From assembly GCA_965216565.1 (NCBI GenBank), contig OZ244170.1, forward strand, positions 3,520,001-3,584,000: 64,000 bases of DNA, given 5' to 3'. The stretch is from Bythopirellula sp. (GTDB lineage Bacteria > Planctomycetota > Planctomycetia > Pirellulales > Lacipirellulaceae). Each line of letters starts with the position of its first letter. The first letter of the stretch is position 1. The position numbers and the translations under genes are program-made. Of the stretch, positions 54,880 to 64,000 are shown piece by piece. A model generated the notes under the pieces. It was not told the origin of the DNA and made no database searches. It saw nothing but the letters and a program-made list of their open reading frames with translations.

Positions 54880-55026
54880 GGTTATCTCCAGAAATGAGCC
54901 TAATGGTTTTCAGTTTTCTCAAGGTACACCTTCAGCGCAAAATTGCAAACCCGCAGGCGCACGATTGTTATTCGCAAAGTGTGAGAGAATCTTGCCTGGG
55001 AAATCGAATAGTCTCTAGCAGAGTTA

Positions 55027-55767
55027 CTAAAACTCGATCTCCATGCGATCCGTCGCCAATTCGATCTTAGGGAAGATCTTCTTGGCCGAAGCGATGTCGA
55101 GCTCGTCGCCCGACTCGGAAAGTGGGTTTAGATGGACCAAGACGAGTCGTCCCACATTGGCGGCGGCGGCGACTTCCACAACTGGGGTGATGCAGCTGTG
55201 GCCGGTAAGCTCCGCTTGATCGGGCTGGTCGTCACCGAAGTTGCATTCGTGCAACAGGAGATCGACATCTTTGATTTTTTCGATGTAGTCCGAATCCTTG
55301 GCTGCGGTAGTATCTGTGACATAAGCAAAAGAACGTTCCGGCCAATCGATCCGATAGCCCACGGAGCCTCCCGGGTGTTTCAACGGAAAATGCGTTAGCA
55401 GGCCTCCATCGGAGAGTGTGATTTTTTCCGTCAGGGGCTTGGAATCGAAAGGAGGCTCTACAGGAAAAAGAAACTCCGAGAACAAGTGCTTTTCGACCGC
55501 TTCCAGCTTCTCAGGTTCGCCGTGAACCGCGACCTGTTTCATCTCTTTGCCATTGAGCACGTCCAACAGAAAAGTCAGCCCCACGACATGATCGAGATGG
55601 GCGTGAGTTAAAAAGATGTCGAGAGTATCGGTATGAAGATAATCGGCGATTCGGAAGGCTGCCGTGCCTGCGTCGAATACGACACCCAACTCCGGAATCA
55701 TTAGGCACGCAGTATGCCTATGATCGTTGGGATGGTATCCGACTGTGCCCAAAATAACGAGTTTCAT
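55027..55767 (-). CDS. MBL-fold metallo-hydrolase (RNase Z/BN-like)
   Basis: LGT.G, FDAG, THAHLDH, YVTDT, LLHEC, GHS and LVH. Confidence 0.85.
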   Translation of the reverse strand: MKLVILGTVGYHPNDHRHTACLMIPELGVVFDAGTAAFRIADYLHTDTLDIFLTHAHLDHVVGLTFLLDVLNGKEMKQVAVHGEPEKLEAVEKHLFSEFLFPVEPPFDSKPLTEKITLSDGGLLTHFPLKHPGGSVGYRIDWPERSFAYVTDTTAAKDSDYIEKIKDVDLLLHECNFGDDQPDQAELTGHSCITPVVEVAAAANVGRLVLVHLNPLSESGDELDIASAKKIFPKIELATDRMEIEF

Positions 55768-55915
55768 ATCAGCCCTTGCCAAGGCGGTAACGTAAGGAAA
55801 TTATTGTAGCTCCCACTCTCCAGAGAAGCTACGTGATAGAAGCTGAAATCTGGCCTCTTGTTGAATACAGCTGTCGTCCATTTTACGAGATTATTCGACC
55901 TTATTGGTGAAATTG

Positions 55916-56965
55916 ATGAGCAACCGAAAGTCTTTGCAAACGATGTGCCTCTATGGCTTAACGATATTCGTGCTTGCCGGTTTGCTGCTCCTCGCCTGGC
56001 CGCCAAACAGCACCACCCCAGAGGTCGTGGTCTACACGGCCCTGGACCAGGAATTTAGTGCGCCTATTTTTGAGGAGTTTCAGCAGCAAACGGGGATCCG
56101 TGTCCGGCCAAAGTTCGACACCGAATCGACGAAGACCGTCGGACTTACTCAGGCCATCCTGGCTGAGCGAGAAAGGCCCCGCTGCGATATCTTCTGGAAC
56201 AACGAGATCGTCAATACTTTACGGTTGGAAAAAGAAGGATTGCTTACGAGCTATCCCACGGCAGCCTGTTCGACGTACCCATCTCAATTTTACTCGAAGC
56301 TGGGCCTCTGGCATGGCTTTGCGGCTCGCGCTCGTATCCTGATCGTTAATACGGAACTTGTACCGGAGGAAAAGCGGCCCAGTTCGATCATGGACTTGAT
56401 CGACCCGCAGTGGCAGGGACAAGTGGGGATCGCCAAGCCTTTAGCTGGGACCACTGCCACCCACGCGGCGTGCCTATTTACAGTTTGGGGCGATGAGAAA
56501 GCAAAAGGCTTCTTCACACAACTAAAAGACAATGCTCGCGTGATGGCTGGGAACAAACAGGTGGCCCAAGCGGTGGCCAAGGGCGAACTCGCATTTGGAA
56601 TCACCGATACCGACGACGCCATCATCGAACAAGAGGCGCTCTGGCCCGTGGAAATCGTCTTCCCCGACCAGGGTGACGAGCAAATCGGCACCTTGTTTAT
56701 TCCCAATACCGTCGCGATCATCAACGGCACGAAGCGCGTACGCGAGACAAAAGCACTCGTCGATTTTTTGCTTTCTAGAAAAGTAGAACGCCTGCTTGCC
56801 GAAGGGCCCAGCGCGCAGATTCCACTGAACGCCGAAGTACGAGTCTCGTCGCGAGTCGAGCCTAAACAAGAAGCGCGGGCCATGAAAATCGATTTTCAGG
56901 CGGCTGCCGAAGAGTGGGATACTACCGCTCTATTCCTACGCGATCTATTCGCCACGGCCAAATAA
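55916..56965 (+). CDS. extracellular solute-binding protein (Fe3+/AfuA-like family)
   Basis: N-terminal anchor, VVVYTA.D, CDIFW, RARILIVN and TDTDD; no permease or ATPase adjacent. Confidence 0.8.
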   Translation: MSNRKSLQTMCLYGLTIFVLAGLLLLAWPPNSTTPEVVVYTALDQEFSAPIFEEFQQQTGIRVRPKFDTESTKTVGLTQAILAERERPRCDIFWNNEIVNTLRLEKEGLLTSYPTAACSTYPSQFYSKLGLWHGFAARARILIVNTELVPEEKRPSSIMDLIDPQWQGQVGIAKPLAGTTATHAACLFTVWGDEKAKGFFTQLKDNARVMAGNKQVAQAVAKGELAFGITDTDDAIIEQEALWPVEIVFPDQGDEQIGTLFIPNTVAIINGTKRVRETKALVDFLLSRKVERLLAEGPSAQIPLNAEVRVSSRVEPKQEARAMKIDFQAAAEEWDTTALFLRDLFATAK

Positions 56966-56967
56966 GA

Positions 56968-58239
56968 CTACAACCCGCGACGATGGCGGCGACGAGGCCG
57001 CTGGCCGGGTGCCCTGGGCTTGGGTTCTTTGGGTTGTTCGTCTGCTTCTTGCGGAGGTGCGACTTGAGCTACTGCCTGAAAACCTTCGAGCTCGTCACGC
57101 ACCAGGAGCGTATTGATCAGCATTTCAATTCGCGTCAGCTCGATACCCTGCTCAGGCGTCACAAAGGAGAATGCGATCCCCTCGCGGCCCATGCGGCCTG
57201 TTCGACCAACACGGTGGACATAATCGTCCGAGGACTGCGGAAGATCGTAATTGATGATATGGGAGATGCTGCTCACGTCGATGCCCCGACCCACTACGTC
57301 CGTGGCAACCAAGATTTCCACGTCGCCACCACGAAACTTTCGCATCACTCGATCTCGCACGTTTTGAGCCATATCGCCATGAATGGCATCGACGCCTTCA
57401 ACCTTTTTCGTCAGCTTACGCTGGACGCGGTCGGTTCCCCTTTTAGTCCGACAAAAGATGATCGCCTGCTGAGGCTGTTCGCGCTCGAGTAGTTTCACAA
57501 GGAGATCAAACTTGCGGTCCTCTTCGACGGTGAAGTAACGTTGTTCGATCGTGTCGACGCTCTTGGTCTTCGGCGAGAAGTCCATGATCTCTGGGTCGAC
57601 CATGTAACGCTTTGCAAGTCGTTCGATTCCCGGGCTGACGGTGGCACTCAGCAGCAAAGTTTGTCGCTTCTTGGGACAGCGGCGGAGGATTTTTTCAATA
57701 TCAGGACGAAAGCCAATATCAAGCATGCGATCGGCTTCATCGAGAACAACACAGGCAATTTGTTCTGTGTTTAAAGTTCCCCGGCCTAGATGATCGAGCA
57801 CGCGACCGGGTGTGCCGACCACAATGTCGCTGCCCTTTTGCAATTGATTGATTTGGGAGCGAATCGGTTTGCCACCATAAACTGCAATGCAGCGGGTCTT
57901 TCGGCCTTTCGCAAGTTTGACAATCTCGTCACGGACCTGCACTGCCAATTCTCGGGTGGGGACCAGCACTAGCGCACGAGGTTTGTGACCCTTGGTCAGC
58001 TCGGTGAATTGCTCCAAGATGGGAATGCCAAAGGCGGCTGTCTTGCCAGTACCCGTACGTGCCTGACCTAGCAGGTCGAGGCCCGTCAATGCCTTGGGGA
58101 TCATCCCCGCCTGCACAGGCGACGGATCGTGATAGTGGGCAGCGGCGAGCGCCTTGAGCATCGTTTCCGAGAGTCCAAGTGAATCAAAACTAGGTGTCGC
58201 GGAAGAGTCTGAAGAAGCGTCGATGTTCGGGTCTTTCAC
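56968..58239 (-). CDS. DEAD-box RNA helicase
   Basis: Q motif, ARTGTGKT, PTRELA, GTPGR, DEAD, SAT and HRVGRTGR. Confidence 0.96.
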   Translation of the reverse strand: MKDPNIDASSDSSATPSFDSLGLSETMLKALAAAHYHDPSPVQAGMIPKALTGLDLLGQARTGTGKTAAFGIPILEQFTELTKGHKPRALVLVPTRELAVQVRDEIVKLAKGRKTRCIAVYGGKPIRSQINQLQKGSDIVVGTPGRVLDHLGRGTLNTEQIACVVLDEADRMLDIGFRPDIEKILRRCPKKRQTLLLSATVSPGIERLAKRYMVDPEIMDFSPKTKSVDTIEQRYFTVEEDRKFDLLVKLLEREQPQQAIIFCRTKRGTDRVQRKLTKKVEGVDAIHGDMAQNVRDRVMRKFRGGDVEILVATDVVGRGIDVSSISHIINYDLPQSSDDYVHRVGRTGRMGREGIAFSFVTPEQGIELTRIEMLINTLLVRDELEGFQAVAQVAPPQEADEQPKEPKPRAPGQRPRRRHRRGL

Positions 58240-58428
58240 ACTTGCCGAGGAGGCAAGCTATGGTGATGAAATAATTGGTGAACAGTTCAGGGAGAATTAG
58301 TACGAAGTCTCCCAAGTCACGCGGTAATTAAGGCAATTAGGCTAACATGCGTGATATTGCTGGTCAACGTAGGATCGTCGCATCAGCCAGTTCACTGAAA
58401 GAGCCCAGGTCCCTTGAAACCGCAGACA

Positions 58429-58472
58429 GAAAAAGGGGCCGACCGCGCCATACCTAGCGCCATCGGCCCCTT
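58429..58472 (-). terminator. intrinsic terminator downstream of the histone-like gene
   Basis: The minus strand reads aaggggccga...tcggccccttttt: a 10-bp GC-rich stem running into a U-tract. Confidence 0.7.
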
Positions 58473-58516
58473 CAAGTCTCAATTTCAATCCGCTCCGGTG
58501 GAGCAGATTGGCTCAA

Positions 58517-58810
58517 TTACTTTTTGCGAGAAGACTTCTTACGAGTGGTCTTCCGCTTCTTTGTGGCCTTCTTCTTGGTGCTCTTCTTGGCCTTACGCTT
58601 AGTGGCCTTCTTCTTCGTACTCTTCTTGGCCTTGCGCTTCGTGGACTTCTTCTTAGTCGACTTCTTTTTCGTCGACTTCTTCTTGGCGGCCTTCTTCTTT
58701 GTGGCCTTCTTCTTCGTGCTCTTCTTGGCGGCCTTACGCTTAGTGGCCTTTTTCTTGGTGCTCTTCTTGGCCGGCTTACGCTTCGTGGCCTTCTTCTTAC
58801 GAGTAGCCAT
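58517..58810 (-). CDS. Lys-rich histone H1-like (Hc2/AlgP-type) DNA-binding protein, 97 aa
   Basis: MATRKKKATKRKPAKKSTKKK... pentapeptide repeats, strong RBS (gaaggag) before the ATG at 58810, and a downstream terminator. Confidence 0.8.
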   Translation of the reverse strand: MATRKKKATKRKPAKKSTKKKATKRKAAKKSTKKKATKKKAAKKKSTKKKSTKKKSTKRKAKKSTKKKATKRKAKKSTKKKATKKRKTTRKKSSRKK

Positions 58811-59364
58811 AACTTGCTGGCTCCTTCCCTGACGCGCCATGGTTGTTATGAGGCTCTCTTCCCGGGCGCTACTAGGCAAGAAAAGAACCAACGTAGAACT
58901 GTCCGTCCGGCTCCAATGCTGAATTCAGCTGCCGAACGACAACAACTTTCAATTACGGCCAGTCAATCCGACGTGTAGAAACATGAATAGAATCATGATC
59001 GGAAGTAACAAATAAACTCATGACCGTAAGGTTTACTCCATTGGGTCTATCAAAGGATCGCACTTATTGACGAGCGAGGACAGCTTTCGACTGGTCCCCC
59101 TTCGCATCGCTTGTCTCTTGGCATAGCCAACGACCGTCTGAGTCATAAGAATCAAACAAAACTTAGATCGATTCAAAGCACTGTGCGCGCATTGAACCAA
59201 TATATCGAACCATCAGTCAAGACGAATTTAGAGATAATGAGAAAAAATTATAGCGCCATGGTCTTCGCCACAGTCAACGAAGCCACTGATTTGCATTCCG
59301 CTAGGCAGTTGATCGAGAGCAATCAACTGACTCGAGCATCGTTTCGCAACGACATACTTAGTCG

Positions 59365-60567
59365 TCACTCAACTTGTCCGGCCCAGTCGGCGAGCAGTTG
59401 CGTTTGATCGAAAAATGCCTGTTTTTCTTGCTGCAAAGGGCTCTTGAAGAAACAACTCAGAAAGCCGAGCGACCCGGTTTCGTTACGCTCGTGAGCCAGC
59501 GCAGCAAACCGGGCTAGGTCTAGCACTAGTGGTGCGGCGAGCAGCGAATCGCAACCCTGCCAAGTGAGTTGCAAAGTCATCGGAGTATCCAAAAAACCTC
59601 GGAAGTGGATGTGATCCCAAGCTGTTTTCCAATCTCCAAGGCTCTCGATGTGCTCGATACTGACTAAAGTTTGGGGTGCGTAGCCAAGGATTTCGCCGAG
59701 CAAGTGATCCTTGCTAGTTACTTTGGCCTGCTTGTTCGCAGGATTATCTAAGACTTTGCCATCCATGTTGCCAAAGATGTTGTGGCCCACCCAACTCATC
59801 ACCGGGAGATTTCGTGCGGCAAACATTGGTGCCAGGACACTCTTGAGCAAAGTTTCGCCCGTCTTGCCGTCGCGGCCCGCATGGCACGTCTTTCGTAGCC
59901 GAGCAAGCTCATCGATGCCTGCCGGCGTGGCGCCCAGTGACGGGGTAAAATTGACATAGGGAAGTCCAAGGTCCAATGCGGCGATGGCATAGAGGCTGCT
60001 GGCCGGCAGTGGGCAGTCGGCCGATGCGAGTTGACTCTGGGCCTGCTCCCAAGAATTTGGCCAATCAGACTCAGGCACGGGCGCTTCGGTTGATGCCAAG
60101 TTGACCACCACGACATCGTGCAGGTCGTTGGCTTGCTGAAACTCGGTGAGGTCGGCTTGCAAGCGTTCGATGATTAGTTGAGGAGAAGACTGGTCCTGGT
60201 CGATTTCGTTTCCATTGGCCAATTCGCGAATGGTTTCGCCGACGTTCCAAATGGAACCGGGTCGAATCCGTGCGTCGATACTTTCGAGATCGTCACTGCA
60301 GGAATCGATCAACGATTCGCTAAAGACCCGGCTATCTCGATTTAGCCGCTGCGCCTCGGCCTGGAGCGAACCCGAGCGAATCTCGTGCCCGCCCACCACA
60401 AACTGGTCCCAACCGGGTAACGGTAGATGATCGAAGGTGGGTAGCGCGCTAACCAGTCCGATTGGCTCGGTCAGCTTTTGCTTCAGGGCGGCAAGTCCGA
60501 GAGCAGCAGAAACGGCTACTCCGCCACGAGCCCCAACTAACCACAGTCCAATTTTGTGCGTGCTCAT
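59365..60567 (-). CDS. ino1: myo-inositol-1-phosphate (inositol-3-phosphate) synthase
   Basis: GLWLVGARGGVA Rossmann motif, VNLASTE, SSLYA, NFTPS, GRDGKTGETL, NIFGNMDG and DS.LAAPLVLDL. Confidence 0.9.
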   Translation of the reverse strand: MSTHKIGLWLVGARGGVAVSAALGLAALKQKLTEPIGLVSALPTFDHLPLPGWDQFVVGGHEIRSGSLQAEAQRLNRDSRVFSESLIDSCSDDLESIDARIRPGSIWNVGETIRELANGNEIDQDQSSPQLIIERLQADLTEFQQANDLHDVVVVNLASTEAPVPESDWPNSWEQAQSQLASADCPLPASSLYAIAALDLGLPYVNFTPSLGATPAGIDELARLRKTCHAGRDGKTGETLLKSVLAPMFAARNLPVMSWVGHNIFGNMDGKVLDNPANKQAKVTSKDHLLGEILGYAPQTLVSIEHIESLGDWKTAWDHIHFRGFLDTPMTLQLTWQGCDSLLAAPLVLDLARFAALAHERNETGSLGFLSCFFKSPLQQEKQAFFDQTQLLADWAGQVE

Positions 60568-60799
60568 GGGAAGTCAGATGGCTGGCTTGGCTCTCGTCTC
60601 TAGTTGTTAGTCTCTCCACTCATCAAGATTGTCGCACGATTCTGCGCATAGCGTCAACGGGCCGGTGTCGAGCAACATCGGACAACCGGTTTTAATCGCC
60701 AAGGTCGACGTGTAAACTGAACGCTTCGCTGCTCTCCGGTGTCCGTGAGGCACCCCACTAATAAATCTCTGATATTGAATCTCTAAGGAATCACCTACC

Positions 60800-61990
60800 G
60801 TGCTAGAGAAGCTCGAAGCGGCGCCACGTGACGCCATCCTGGGACTGACTGCTGCCTTCAAAGAAGATAGTCGGCCAGAGAAAATCAACCTGAGCGTTGG
60901 GGTCTACCAAGATGAGACTGGTACGACACCAACTTTAGCGTCCGTGGTAGAAGCCGAAAAACGATTGGCCAGTGCTGGAGGCACGAAGTCGTACCTGCCA
61001 ATTCCAGGCCTGCCTGCCTACGTCGAATCGGTACGAGAGTTAGTGTTTGGCCAAGGTCACGAGGTGATTGAGTCAAATCGGATCGCAACAGCGCAAACTC
61101 CTGGTGGCACCGGGGCGCTGCGTGTGATCGGCGATTTTCTGCATACAAATTTGCTAGGGGCTACCTTGTGGATGACCGATCCCACCTGGCCGAATCATCC
61201 CAATATTTTTAAAGCTGCCGGTGTGCCACTAGAGAGCTTCCCCTACTTCAATGCGGCAACCAATCAATTGGACTTTGCCGGGATGATGGCCGCCATCGAG
61301 AAGATCCCCGCTGGTCACGCGATTTTGCTCCATGGTTGTTGCCACAACCCAACTGGCGTCGATCCCTCTGTCGAACAGTGGAAACAAATTGCCGATACCG
61401 TCTACGATCGTGGCCTGCTGCCGATTTTGGACTTCGCCTATCAAGGCTTTGCCGATGGCATCGAGCAAGACGCGGAAGGACTACGTGCATTCCTCCGACC
61501 CAATTGCGAGTTGCTTGTTTGCAGTTCCTTTTCGAAGAACTTCGGGCTGTACCGAGAACGGGTGGGAGCACTCTCGGTAGTTTCCCCCGACGCCGAGTCA
61601 GCCCAAGCCGTACAGAGCCAACTCAATCGGGTGATCCGCTCAAACTACTCCAATCCCCCCGCTCACGGCGCAGAAGTGGTGACCTGCATACTGCAAGACG
61701 GATCGCTTCGCAAAACCTGGGAAGAAGAGGTTGCCACCATGCGAGCGCGTATTAATGGTATGCGCAAGAGCCTGGTGGACGAACTGGCAGCCAAGGGCGT
61801 ACCGGGGGATTACAGCTTTATCAATCGTCAACGCGGGATGTTCTCATTCACCGGGCTGACCAAGGAGCAAGTCGAGACACTCCGCGAAGAATATGCCATC
61901 TACATCGTCGGCTCGGGACGCATCAATGTCGCGGGGCTCACTCCCAGCAATATCGGTCGCGTGGCAGAGTCGATTGCTAAGGTGGTCTAG
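60800..61990 (+). CDS. aspC: aspartate/aromatic amino acid aminotransferase (class I)
   Basis: KINLSVGVY, QTPGGTGAL, HGCCHNPTG, DFAYQGF, SFSKNFGLY.ERVG and GRIN. Confidence 0.9.
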   Translation: MLEKLEAAPRDAILGLTAAFKEDSRPEKINLSVGVYQDETGTTPTLASVVEAEKRLASAGGTKSYLPIPGLPAYVESVRELVFGQGHEVIESNRIATAQTPGGTGALRVIGDFLHTNLLGATLWMTDPTWPNHPNIFKAAGVPLESFPYFNAATNQLDFAGMMAAIEKIPAGHAILLHGCCHNPTGVDPSVEQWKQIADTVYDRGLLPILDFAYQGFADGIEQDAEGLRAFLRPNCELLVCSSFSKNFGLYRERVGALSVVSPDAESAQAVQSQLNRVIRSNYSNPPAHGAEVVTCILQDGSLRKTWEEEVATMRARINGMRKSLVDELAAKGVPGDYSFINRQRGMFSFTGLTKEQVETLREEYAIYIVGSGRINVAGLTPSNIGRVAESIAKVV

Positions 61991-62129
61991 CAGTCAATTG
62001 CGGTTAGTCTGCTTGTCTACGCATGGTAGACTGCGTCAGTACGCTGAACTCACAGGTATCCTGGAGATAGGCGTTCTGGTACCCTAGTACTAGTGACTTT
62101 CATTCTGATCGCCTTTGGATAAATTGCCG

Positions 62130-63623
62130 GTGAACATTCTTTTTGCCACTTCCGAAGCGGTTCCCTTCTGCAAGACCGGTGGATTGGGCGATGTTTGTGG
62201 AAGCTTGCCGCGGGCGCTTGCTGAACTGGGACATTCTCCCACGCTCGTGCTGCCTGCCTTTCGCCAAGTGCACCAAGCGGGTGTGCCGATCGAACCTACT
62301 GGCGTGGAGTTCGAAATTCCCATTGGGCAGAAGAAAGTCCACGGACGTTTCCTGCGGGGGACGTTGCCCGACTCCGAAGTGCCGGTCTATTTTGTCGATA
62401 ACCCCGACTACTTCGACCGACCAGAGCTCTACTGGGAGAACGGCGAGGACTACCGCGACAACTGCGAGCGCTTCACTTTTTTCTGCCGAGCCGCGCTGCG
62501 TGCGATCACGCTACTCGACTTAGGAACCGATCTTATCCATTGCCACGATTGGCAAACGGGCTTAATTCCTGCCTACTTGAAAACGATGCTCAACGATCGA
62601 GCTCCCTACGATCAAATCGCTAGCCTCTACACAATCCACAATCTTGCCTATCAAGGCAGCTTTTGGCATTGGGACATGGCCCTCACCGGGATCGATTGGA
62701 AGTACTTCAATTGGCAGCAGATGGAGTTCTACGGCAATCTGAACTTTATGAAGACGGCGATCGCTTTTTCAGATGTTATCAACACCGTGAGTCCTACCTA
62801 TGCCGAGGAAATCATGCGGCCGCCGCTCAGTTGCGGGCTTGAAGGAGCCTTGCAACACCGCAGTGCGGACCTGTATGGAATTATCAACGGTGCCGACTAC
62901 TCGGCTTGGAATCCTGCCACCGATCCTCACTTGGGCGACAACACATACGACGTCTCGACGGTAGACGTCGGCAAGCCTGCCTGCAAGGCAGCGCTGCAAC
63001 GGGAGTTGGGACTACCCGAACATGCAGATGTGCCCCTCCTTGCCGCGGTAGGACGACTAGCCGATCAAAAAGGATTCGACCTCATCGCCCGCGTCATGCA
63101 ACAATGGGCCGGCCAACGCGAGTTGCAGTGGGTCATCCTCGGAACGGGAGAGCCCCGGTATCACGAGGCGTTTCGTCAGTTGGCCAAAGAGAATCCCGGA
63201 CGGGTGGCAGTAAGGCTGGAGTTTTCTAACGAACTGGCTCATCGAATTGAAGCCGGGGCCGACATGTTCCTCATGCCTAGCCAATACGAGCCCTGCGGCC
63301 TGAATCAGCTCTACAGCATGAAGTACGGAACGGTACCAGTCGTCCGCAAAACGGGCGGCTTGGCCGATACAGTGGTCGACACCAATGAATCGACGATTGC
63401 CAACGAGGTGGCTACCGGGTTTGCATTCGAGGAATACACTTCGCTGGCCCTGGCCGACACGCTAGAACGTGCGTGCGGATACTATGAAGATAAAGACACC
63501 TGGCGAAACTTGATCCTTCGCGGAATGAATCAAGACTGGTCCTGGAGCCGAAGTGCGGCAGTCTATAGCGATCTCTACCAGCAAGTTTGCTCGCGCCCTC
63601 GCCAGGCAATGTCACCCGCGTAG
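62130..63623 (+). CDS. glgA: glycogen synthase
   Basis: KTGGLGDV, HCHDWQT, TIHNLAYQG, RL..QKG and PSQYEPCGLNQL; GTG at 62130 (TTG at 62115 also possible). Confidence 0.96.
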   Translation: MNILFATSEAVPFCKTGGLGDVCGSLPRALAELGHSPTLVLPAFRQVHQAGVPIEPTGVEFEIPIGQKKVHGRFLRGTLPDSEVPVYFVDNPDYFDRPELYWENGEDYRDNCERFTFFCRAALRAITLLDLGTDLIHCHDWQTGLIPAYLKTMLNDRAPYDQIASLYTIHNLAYQGSFWHWDMALTGIDWKYFNWQQMEFYGNLNFMKTAIAFSDVINTVSPTYAEEIMRPPLSCGLEGALQHRSADLYGIINGADYSAWNPATDPHLGDNTYDVSTVDVGKPACKAALQRELGLPEHADVPLLAAVGRLADQKGFDLIARVMQQWAGQRELQWVILGTGEPRYHEAFRQLAKENPGRVAVRLEFSNELAHRIEAGADMFLMPSQYEPCGLNQLYSMKYGTVPVVRKTGGLADTVVDTNESTIANEVATGFAFEEYTSLALADTLERACGYYEDKDTWRNLILRGMNQDWSWSRSAAVYSDLYQQVCSRPRQAMSPA

Positions 63624-63662
63624 CCCACCGGTGGCCAAGATCGTAGCGGTACTGCTCCAAAT

Positions 63663-64000
63663 ATGATTGATAAGCCAGTTTCCGAACTTCGAACCGATCC
63701 GGTGACCGGTCGCAAAGTCTATATTGCCGAAGATCGTGCCGGACGGCCTTCCGACTATTCCAGCCGTGAGCAAGAGGTCGTCACGCAGGCCTCACGCAAA
63801 ACGAGCGAGTGCCCTTTTTGTGCCGGTCACGAAAAACAGACGCCACCGACGTTGGCCGAAGTGGATGACGCCAACGGAAACTGGCGCGTCCGCGTGATAC
63901 CCAACAAGTACCCTGCAGTGAGTGAAGACCCCTCGGACCCCAGCAACACAGCTCCGCTTCTTGATGCTACCCGTCAGCCAGCCAATGGATCTCACGAGGT
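63663..64000 (+). CDS. galT: galactose-1-phosphate uridylyltransferase family protein, N-terminal part (runs off the window; not in the ORF track)
   Basis: Manual translation from ATG 63663: MIDKPVSELRTDPVTGRKVYIAEDRAGRP...CPFCAGHEKQTPP...WRVRVIPNKYPA. Confidence 0.85.
   Translation, partial: MIDKPVSELRTDPVTGRKVYIAEDRAGRPSDYSSREQEVVTQASRKTSECPFCAGHEKQTPPTLAEVDDANGNWRVRVIPNKYPAVSEDPSDPSNTAPLLDATRQPANGSHE

Noticed and set aside
58508..58978. Leu-rich and Phe-rich plus-strand ORFs that look like membrane proteins
   Set aside because: Antisense translations of the Lys-rich repeat gene; the RBS and terminator support the minus strand.

Overview
A 64-kb, moderately GC-rich bacterial chromosomal segment. 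It is most likely from a planctomycete (Pirellulales, Lacipirellulaceae-like), inferred from a PEP-CTERM protein tail with a DGDVDGxDFL motif, DUF1570-type HExxH proteins, a DWG-type Ser/Thr kinase with WD40 repeats and an LERRxxL-motif giant protein. Four parts can be distinguished. (1) 0.5-15 kb: housekeeping and envelope genes (glyA, a response regulator, a TPR protein, an AsmA-like protein, a CBM20-esterase, a TIM-barrel isomerase), separated by several unrelated palindromic repeats. (2) 15.3-23 kb: tRNA-His followed by a patchy accessory tract (membrane adenylate cyclase, a RelE/ParE-type toxin-antitoxin pair, an orphan HerA-like ATPase and a REP-flanked peroxiredoxin). (3) 23.3-44.8 kb, the most interesting part: a type I secretion-like locus with TolC, GAF-HlyD, HlyD and a site-2 protease (M50)-HlyD fusion but no ABC ATPase. 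Next to it lie a conserved small protein, a 1341-aa PKD-repeat candidate cargo, a kinase with 21 WD40 repeats, and a membrane protein / degenerate P-loop / ExeA ATPase trio. (4) 45-64 kb: core genes (larB, nnrD, ppx, ribF, thyA, folA, tag, epmA, lemA/M48, MBL hydrolase, solute-binding protein, DEAD helicase, a histone H1-like protein, ino1, aspC, glgA, partial galT). No CRISPR array, rRNA, integrase or transposase was recognised. All family calls come from motifs recognised by eye; no searches were run.
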